From assembly GCA_025455785.1 (NCBI GenBank), contig JALOLV010000009.1:1-36456 (forward strand): 36,456 nt of DNA, read 5' to 3'. This DNA is from Spirosomataceae bacterium (GTDB taxonomy: Bacteria > Bacteroidota > Bacteroidia > Cytophagales > Spirosomataceae). Below are positions 16,296 through 22,681 of the stretch, piece after piece (position 1 is the first letter of the stretch; every line of letters begins with the position of its first letter). Position numbers and translations under genes: made by a program. A model generated the notes under the pieces. It was not told the DNA's origin. It did no database searches and worked only from the letters and a program-made list of their open reading frames with translations.

Positions 16296-16909
16296 TTCGG
16301 ATAATAGCTTTGTGCCTCTGGGTGAACTTCAATCTAATTGCTCAAAAAAGTATCAATTTCACCCAACAGTTTACATTTGAATATCAAGCTAATGGTAATC
16401 GTAAGGAGTTTAGTGTTTTTGCCGACCCCAAAACTGCTACTTGGCTGCTTACTCGCGATGAAACTTTTGGTGGGCAGCCAGAAGATATTGACTTTTGGAT
16501 TCTGAGACCCGACGGAGGAATTATTATCATCGGCAATGACACCTCTGGTAAAAAGCAACGTATTTTACTGAAAAACAATGCTTTTTCGTTTGGAACCAGT
16601 ACACTAAAGGCCAAGTCTTTGGGTAAAAATACAACATTTGGAGCAAATAAATACGGCTGGCAGGTCTTGAAAGCGACCGAGTATGTTGTAAATTCGGGAA
16701 GATTAACAGAGAATGTCTATGCCACACAACTGCCTTACAGTTGCCGGGCATTGTTGGCATATAATTCGTGTGTTGATGTAGAAAACCATTTGCCGATTTT
16801 TAATAATGTAGAATATTATCGGGTTTTTACCGAAAAATTCTTAGTGTTACAAGACTCCAAATTTCGTTTAGTGTCGGTCTCACCAACCGAATATTCAGTT
16901 GATTTTTGA
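16286..16909 (+). CDS. Secreted hypothetical protein
   Basis: The ATG at 16286 overlaps the previous gene by 10 nt. The N terminus is hydrophobic (IIRIIALCLWVNFNLIAQ). I recognise no domain. Confidence 0.62.
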   Translation: MSIIRIIALCLWVNFNLIAQKSINFTQQFTFEYQANGNRKEFSVFADPKTATWLLTRDETFGGQPEDIDFWILRPDGGIIIIGNDTSGKKQRILLKNNAFSFGTSTLKAKSLGKNTTFGANKYGWQVLKATEYVVNSGRLTENVYATQLPYSCRALLAYNSCVDVENHLPIFNNVEYYRVFTEKFLVLQDSKFRLVSVSPTEYSVDF

Positions 16910-16910
16910 A

Positions 16911-17600
16911 TTATTCCAACGGATTTTTATTGTTGATTGTACCAAATGATTGGATAATGCTGAATCTGGCGAAGAGGTCTTCTGAATACCAATCTTCTTG
17001 GCGAGTGAGCTTAATTATTTCGGCGTGTTGTCTTTGGCGATACGCAAACTGTTTGACATCATCGAGCGACTCCCAGATAGAAAACGTCGCTTGTTTTATA
17101 AATGGTACCTCGCCGATTCCGACCGAGGTGATAAATCCTTTTGCTCCATTCATCGATGACGCCACAATAGGTACATTCTTCCAGAAGTTCCGAAGCCTAT
17201 TCAACCTAATCGTAGCACGGGTCAGTACCGCAATTTTTCCATTAAAATTTTTGTCAGAAACCGGATTACCGAAAGGTTCTTTGTTATCCCATTTACCGTG
17301 CGATTCATAGGGCTTACAAAGGATTGTCCATTGTTCGGTTGTTAAAATCCGCCAAAAATTCCAAATAAAAGAATCTTTTTTAAATTTCTCAAAATCCTCG
17401 ATATTATTCCAAACTGCCATTAATCCCCACTGCTGATAATCTGGGTTTATGTCGAAAGTACCGTTTTTGCCACATCCCAACAATTTGCTAAAAGTGATGT
17501 TTTTGTTCAGAAATAGCGGGATTCTGAAAATCGCCATCGAGATAAAGGCCAAAGGAATGTAATATTTTGGATAACGAACAATTGTGAGCGATACTAACAT
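16911..17600 (-). CDS. DUF3291/CrtA-like protein (the family often annotated 'spheroidene monooxygenase' in Bacteroidetes)
   Basis: The motifs HGKW, AVLTRATIRL, FWKNVP, GIGEVPFIKQATFSIWESLDDVKQFAY and WYSEDLFARF match my recollection of this ~230-aa family. Confidence 0.65.
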   Translation of the reverse strand: MLVSLTIVRYPKYYIPLAFISMAIFRIPLFLNKNITFSKLLGCGKNGTFDINPDYQQWGLMAVWNNIEDFEKFKKDSFIWNFWRILTTEQWTILCKPYESHGKWDNKEPFGNPVSDKNFNGKIAVLTRATIRLNRLRNFWKNVPIVASSMNGAKGFITSVGIGEVPFIKQATFSIWESLDDVKQFAYRQRQHAEIIKLTRQEDWYSEDLFARFSIIQSFGTINNKNPLE

Positions 17601-17652
17601 CGGTAAAGATTTATTTATTTAGACAACTCGGATATTCTTCAAAAAGTTTTAC

Positions 17653-17680
17653 AAAAAAAGCCCCCTTATAAAAAGAGGGC
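17653..17680 (-). terminator. Rho-independent terminator after the TolC-family gene
   Basis: On the minus-strand RNA, GCCCUCU-UUUUAUA-AGGGGGC (one G-U wobble that exists only on the minus strand) is followed by UUUUUUU. Confidence 0.65.
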
Positions 17681-17749
17681 CACGGTCAGGGGGAGAATGT
17701 ATAGACGTAAAATTTTAAGACTAAGTTTATTCCAATACTTTTTCTTTTG

Positions 17750-19054
17750 TTATCTGACGAGTTCGCCACTCAATCGCATCATTTCGAGTTCGGATATTTT
17801 GACATTGAAACGGGCATTAACCAATCGGTTTAGCGATGTATCGAAACGCCTTTGGGCATCGTTTAATTCTAAGATTGTAGAGCCACCCAACTTAAATTTT
17901 TCGAGGCTTATCTGAAGGTTTTCCTCAACAATTTTAGTGTTTTCTTCTTCGAGTTTAAGCAATTCTTTATCGGCTTGGTATTGGTTATATACTCTTTCTA
18001 ATTCAAAATCAAGTCTTTGTGATAAATCAACTTGTTGTTTTTGGAGTATGTCGGTGTTTATTTTGGCCGTTTGGATTTGACGACGAACAATCTCACCGTT
18101 GAAGATATTCCAAGTTGCAGCGATACCCGTATTTAGCCCCACTGTTTGGTTATAAAGAAATAGACCAGCATTGGTGGCGTTGAGGTTATACCCTAAAGAA
18201 GAATTTAGAGTAACTCGCGGGAGTTTTTGGGCTTGGGCTTCACGCTCTTGATTAAGGCTTATATCGGTGTTTTTTCTTAAAAATTGAATATTTACGTTGT
18301 TGGTTTTGGCTTTGCTTTGAAGCTCCGATATTGATGGTTCAAACATGGTTTCGGTAGCATCTTGTACCTCAAAATCAACTTCCGAAGTTCTATTCATGGC
18401 ATCATTTAGGGCAATTTTTGCATTTTTTAAGGCATTTTTAGCTCTTACCATTTCGGTTTGTTGCGTTGTTAAATCGGTCTTAGATTGCAGATAATCCAAT
18501 TTAGAACCTTTACCTACTTGCCACCGTTCTTCGGTTATTTTCAGACGCTCATCGTAGTACTTTATGCCTGTCTCAAGAAACTTGACGGTTTCTTTCTGAC
18601 GCATCACTTCGTAATAAGCCCTCATAACGGCCAATACGGTGTTTTCAATCATCATTTTGGTTTGTACTTGGCTGAGCTGGCTCTGGTTTCGTAGGCGGTC
18701 GAGTGTTGCGTACATTCTTCGACCATCGTAGAGTGTCCAGCTCATCACAACATTGCTATTGGGTGTGATACTCCGACCAAAACGATTGATGTCGGTGCCA
18801 TTGGCTAATTTTTGATTGACTTGGTTAAGAGCCGTACCGAGGTTGGCGTTCCAATCTATCCTCGGCATCATTCCAGCATTACCTTTAAAGACCTGCAAGT
18901 CGGCCGCTTGTTGCTGCATTTTGGCAATCTGAATGCCATAGCTTTGCTCAAGCGAAAGATTAATGGCTTTGTCGAGAGTGAGCAACTCTTGTGCTATCAA
19001 AGCACGGCTGTTTGACAAAACGATTAAAATCAGAATAAATATTTTTTTTCTCAT
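17750..19054 (-). CDS. TolC-family outer-membrane efflux protein
   Basis: Signal peptide, ~430 aa, and two repeated alpha-helical/beta halves with typical TolC-like wording (LTLDKAINLSLEQSYGIQIA..., RRFDTSLNRLVNARFN...). It lies directly downstream of an adaptor subunit gene. Confidence 0.88.
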   Translation of the reverse strand: MRKKIFILILIVLSNSRALIAQELLTLDKAINLSLEQSYGIQIAKMQQQAADLQVFKGNAGMMPRIDWNANLGTALNQVNQKLANGTDINRFGRSITPNSNVVMSWTLYDGRRMYATLDRLRNQSQLSQVQTKMMIENTVLAVMRAYYEVMRQKETVKFLETGIKYYDERLKITEERWQVGKGSKLDYLQSKTDLTTQQTEMVRAKNALKNAKIALNDAMNRTSEVDFEVQDATETMFEPSISELQSKAKTNNVNIQFLRKNTDISLNQEREAQAQKLPRVTLNSSLGYNLNATNAGLFLYNQTVGLNTGIAATWNIFNGEIVRRQIQTAKINTDILQKQQVDLSQRLDFELERVYNQYQADKELLKLEEENTKIVEENLQISLEKFKLGGSTILELNDAQRRFDTSLNRLVNARFNVKISELEMMRLSGELVR

Positions 19055-19093
19055 TGATGCAATGATAAGTATCTCAAATGAAATTCCGGAAAA

Positions 19094-20194
19094 TTAATTG
19101 ACAACTTGCTTGACCTTTACAGCCATTTCGGGTTTCAAGGCCATTATGCCACTCACGATTAACGAATCGCCCATTTGTAAGCCACCTATCACCTGCACTT
19201 TTTTATCGGTACGCAGGCCGGTAGTTACCATGGCTTCGGTAACTTTTCCGTCTTTCATTACATACACTTTTTTGCCTTTCAAAACAGGTACTATGGCTTG
19301 TGTAGGTACCATTATCGAACTCTCGGTATTCAAATCGGCCGTAACTCTGACAAACATACCCGGCAGTAATTTGCCGTTAGGGTTTTGAGAAATCCCCCGA
19401 ACTCTCAGGGTTCTTAGATTTGGGTCGATTTTTGGGTCAATGGCCGCAATACTTGCATTGAAAATACCTTCTTGACCATCAACTTCAAACTTAAAACTAC
19501 GCCCAATTTTTATTTGAGGAGTGTATTTTTCGGGTATCGTGAAATCAACTTTTACGGGGTTCATCTGAACAAGATTTGCAATTACCGTAGCGGGTGTAAC
19601 GTACGCACCCTCACTGACACTCTTAAAGCCAATTTTGCCGGCAAATGGGGCTGTCAAAACGGTTTTTTCTAACTGGGCTTTTATCACGTCTTTGTCGGCA
19701 CTCAAAGTATTTATTCGGTTGGCCGAAATCTCGTATTCTTCTTTGCTGATGGCATTGATTTCAAGTAATTTCTTTTGACGTGCTTCTATTTGTTTTGCAA
19801 GATTTTCTTCGTATTCGAGTTTTTTCAATTGAGCTTGCAAGTCCGTATCTTTTATTTTGGCAATGAGCTGACCTTTAGCAACAAAACTGCCCTCTTTGAC
19901 ATTCAGCGTAACCAATCGCCCCGATGCTTCGGCTTTTAGTTCGACTTCTTCATTGGGCGAAATCGACCCCGATGCGTAAACGATATTATTGATGTTTTCG
20001 GGTTGTGCTACATAAATGTTTACTGGCATAGCAGGAGCCGGGCCGCCGCCTTTTCCGTCTTTGCTTTTTCCGCCACCCATAGCAGAGCCAGAGCCACCGC
20101 CGGGGCCGTCTTTAGATTCTGGTTTTTTGAAAATGAAGATTTTTCCGAGGATTAAAGCAATGATAATAGCGGCAATGATGATAAATGTACGCAT
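19094..20194 (-). CDS. Efflux periplasmic adaptor (membrane fusion protein, HlyD/RND-MFP family) with a Gly-rich linker
   Basis: N-terminal TM helix, a lipoyl/barrel-sandwich hairpin region (VELKAEASGRLVTLNVKEGSFVAKGQLIAKI), a coiled-coil hairpin and a beta-barrel (LPGMFVRV). The unusual linker GPGGGSGSAMGGGKSKDGKGGGPAP follows the TM helix. Confidence 0.88.
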   Translation of the reverse strand: MRTFIIIAAIIIALILGKIFIFKKPESKDGPGGGSGSAMGGGKSKDGKGGGPAPAMPVNIYVAQPENINNIVYASGSISPNEEVELKAEASGRLVTLNVKEGSFVAKGQLIAKIKDTDLQAQLKKLEYEENLAKQIEARQKKLLEINAISKEEYEISANRINTLSADKDVIKAQLEKTVLTAPFAGKIGFKSVSEGAYVTPATVIANLVQMNPVKVDFTIPEKYTPQIKIGRSFKFEVDGQEGIFNASIAAIDPKIDPNLRTLRVRGISQNPNGKLLPGMFVRVTADLNTESSIMVPTQAIVPVLKGKKVYVMKDGKVTEAMVTTGLRTDKKVQVIGGLQMGDSLIVSGIMALKPEMAVKVKQVVN

Positions 20195-20537
20195 AAACTA
20201 TGATTTTTGAGTCATATATGACCGTTTTGGGAATTTTCGTTTTAAAAACTTTTACAAGTTACTGCTAATTATTAATCAGTTAGGATATTTTGGCTGTGAA
20301 ATTATCAAAATTATAAATCCAAAATAAATTTTTGCGACAATTTGCCTTTTTTTGGCGTTTAAATCTGTTTTAACTTTAAACAGGGTATTGAGAATTGATT
20401 TTGATTAATAAATTGTCATATTGTGTCGAAATTCAATAAGTTTAGTTCTATGAAAATTAATATTAATGGTTATATAACTAAATCAATAATTATTATAAAA
20501 AATCTAATACTATACGTAGAATAAATCTCAGGTTTTT

Positions 20538-20545
20538 TACATTTG
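20538..20545 (+). promoter_or_regulatory. Candidate -7 box (TACATTTG) for the Anbu gene
   Basis: It matches the Bacteroidetes TAnnTTTG consensus 23 nt upstream of the ATG at 20568. Confidence 0.3.
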
Positions 20546-20567
20546 TATAAAATCATTCGACTGCATC

Positions 20568-21314
20568 ATGACATTTTGTTTAGGAGTTAAAGTTGCTAAA
20601 GGTATTGTGGCGATTGCTGATACCCGAATCACATCCGGAACGGAGGTTTCGACCAATAAAAAACTTTTTACGCATCAAATTCGTAACCATTCATTGTTTA
20701 TCATGACGGCTGGTTTGAGGTCGGTACGAGATAAGGCAATCACCTATTTCAAGGAGGTTTTAGAAGAGCGAGACGAGCAGTTTGACAAGCTCTACAAAGC
20801 TGTGAATGCCTTTGGAGAGCAAGTTAGGCGAGTGGCAGTAGAAGACCGCTCTGCCTTAGAGTCGGCGGGGCTTGGATTTAATCTCTCGGCGATTGTGGGC
20901 GGACAATTAGAAAAAGATGGTGAGCATAAACTTTTTTTGGTTTATCCCGAGGGTAATTGGATTGAAGTAGGCGAGGGGCTTCCATTTATAATAATTGGGA
21001 ATTCGGGATACGGAAAACCAATTTTGTTTAGAAATATCAAACATGAAACTTCGCTACAAGAATGCCTAAAACTCGGATTCTTGGCTTTTGATTCGACCCG
21101 TGTCAGTGCCAACGATGTCGATTTTCCGATAGATGTGCTGTTTTACGAAAAGAATAGCTACAATATGGTTGAGCATCGTTATCATAAACAAGATTTAGAG
21201 CATATTTCATATCAGTGGAATGCTCTTCTGAATGCTTCGGTTCAGAAACTACCAACCGACTGGATGGAACCCATTTTTGATAAGCAGTTTCAAGAATCAG
21301 AGGTTTATAAATAA
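20568..21314 (+). CDS. Anbu-type proteasome beta-subunit homologue (Ntn-hydrolase peptidase)
   Basis: The N terminus MTFCLGVKVAKGIVAIADTRITSG places Thr directly after Met, as in Anbu (MTYC...SDSRT...). The ~248-aa length and the adjacent transglutaminase gene fit known Anbu loci. Confidence 0.78.
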   Translation: MTFCLGVKVAKGIVAIADTRITSGTEVSTNKKLFTHQIRNHSLFIMTAGLRSVRDKAITYFKEVLEERDEQFDKLYKAVNAFGEQVRRVAVEDRSALESAGLGFNLSAIVGGQLEKDGEHKLFLVYPEGNWIEVGEGLPFIIIGNSGYGKPILFRNIKHETSLQECLKLGFLAFDSTRVSANDVDFPIDVLFYEKNSYNMVEHRYHKQDLEHISYQWNALLNASVQKLPTDWMEPIFDKQFQESEVYK

Positions 21315-21441
21315 GTGATTGACCCAAAGATGATGTTGTCGATTCCTTTTAAAAAATCTGGATGTTTGACAACATCATTTATATTTTTGCAGTTACTTAG
21401 GAGTATCGAATTCCTAAGAATCAAAAACAACAGTTGTATTT

Positions 21442-22281
21442 ATGAAACTTCAAGTCGAACATCAATTGCTTTACCGTTATTCGAACGAAGTTTTTTTAAG
21501 TCCGCATTATATCTATTTAACTCCCAAGGCGAGTCCACACCAAGTAATCAGCGATTATTTTTTAGAAATTTCTCCCAAGCCAAATCTATTATTCAAAAAT
21601 ATTGATGCCGAGGGTAATACTCAGCAGATTGCTTATTTCAATCAGTCTTGTAATTTACTTTCGATAACAGCTTCTTTTGTCATTGAATCCAAAGAACATA
21701 ATCCATATAATTTTGTTCATTTTCCATTTGAATCAGAGAAGATACCGTTTGAGTACCCCGAAAAAGAACATATACTACTTAATACTTACCTTACTTCGGA
21801 TGCAATAACCACGGCGATTCATCAATTTGTTAGACCCATCGCTGCCGAAGCAAACTGGAAGACGATGGATTTTTTAGTTTTGCTTTGTACCAAAATCAAA
21901 GAAAATTTCAAGTATGAAATTCGCCCAGAAGGTGAAGCGAATAGACCCGAGAAAACGCTATTAATTAAAAAAGGAAGCTGCCGTGACTATGCAGTTTTGA
22001 TGATTACGTGTTGTAAGGCTTTAGGTATCGCGGCAAGATTTGTGAGTGGCTATTGCTACGGAAGTGAATTACATGCTCACGAGCTTCACGCATGGGTTGA
22101 AGCCTACTTGCCCGGTGGAGGATGGCGTGGATTTGACCCCACCGAAGGAGTAATTGTTGACCATCAGTACATTGCGTTGGCCTCTTCGGCACAGCCCGAA
22201 TTGATAAATCCAGTAACGGGTACATTTAGAGGGGTAGCCACTTCGACATTGGAACCTACCGTAAATATCAAAAAATTGTAA
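21442..22281 (+). CDS. Transglutaminase-family protein (Bact_transglu_N plus transglutaminase core)
   Basis: The N terminus MKLQVEHQLLYRYSNEV is typical of the bacterial transglutaminase N domain. The core Cys-His-Asp context is GSCRDYAVLM...HAWVEAYLPGGGWRGFDPT. Confidence 0.9.
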   Translation: MKLQVEHQLLYRYSNEVFLSPHYIYLTPKASPHQVISDYFLEISPKPNLLFKNIDAEGNTQQIAYFNQSCNLLSITASFVIESKEHNPYNFVHFPFESEKIPFEYPEKEHILLNTYLTSDAITTAIHQFVRPIAAEANWKTMDFLVLLCTKIKENFKYEIRPEGEANRPEKTLLIKKGSCRDYAVLMITCCKALGIAARFVSGYCYGSELHAHELHAWVEAYLPGGGWRGFDPTEGVIVDHQYIALASSAQPELINPVTGTFRGVATSTLEPTVNIKKL

Positions 22282-22462
22282 ATAAACATGAGTCATCCCG
22301 AATTATAAAAAGACGTACGATACTTTGAGTTTTATATGTCGTTCCCGTTCCTACGAAACTCTCGTTTTTGTAGCATTTAGACTATCTAACGAGCGTCGGC
22401 CGCCAATATTTAGCCCCGATGGGGCATTTAATTCTCAAAATTCGGGATGAATTATGTTTATT
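22281..22462. repeat. 182-bp element bounded by 24-bp imperfect terminal inverted repeats (MITE-like or structured RNA)
   Basis: AATAAACATGAGTCATCCCGAATT (22281-22304) matches the reverse complement of AATTCGGGATGAATTATGTTTATT (22439-22462) at 21 of 24 positions. There is an internal perfect hairpin GCCCC-GAT-GGGGC (22413-22425). The element sits between two convergent stop codons. Confidence 0.6.
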
Positions 22463-22477
22463 TCTTGCAATTAAAAT

Positions 22478-22681
22478 TTATTCGACTCCGATTTCATCAA
22501 CAAAAAGCCAAGCCGAACGACCCGCACCCGGATGCCCCTCTGGGAGTTTTCCATAGTTTTGTGCAAATATTTTGATAAATCGTGCTTTTTTCGAGCCAAG
22601 TCCAGTATTAATTTGCTGAGTTTTCTGGTCGGATGGCATTATCAATATCAATTTTTTGTGCAGTTTCAAAGTTTTTACCAT
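22478..22681 (-). pseudogene. Detached C-terminal piece of the GH20 discoidin (F5/8 type C) domain, in a different reading frame
   Basis: The translation ...SKKARFIKIFAQNYGKLPEGHPGAGRSAWLFVDEIGVE is the characteristic end of the discoidin domain of Bacteroidetes hexosaminidases. It overlaps the 3' end of the 727-aa ORF in another frame. Confidence 0.7.

Noticed and set aside
16906-17310. 134-aa plus-strand ORF.
   Set aside because: It is antisense to the CrtA-like gene, which has family-typical motifs.
20450-20524. 24-codon ORF (MKININGYITKSIIIIKNLILYVE) upstream of the Anbu gene, considered as a possible leader or precursor peptide.
   Set aside because: It is too short, sits in very AT-rich DNA and lies upstream of the best candidate promoter box. 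Nothing in the sequence alone supports translation. It is worth a glance only if conserved in relatives.
21315-21605. 96-aa plus-strand ORF bridging the Anbu-transglutaminase spacer.
   Set aside because: It is out of frame with the transglutaminase N-domain that starts at 21442, and it covers the hairpin-containing spacer.
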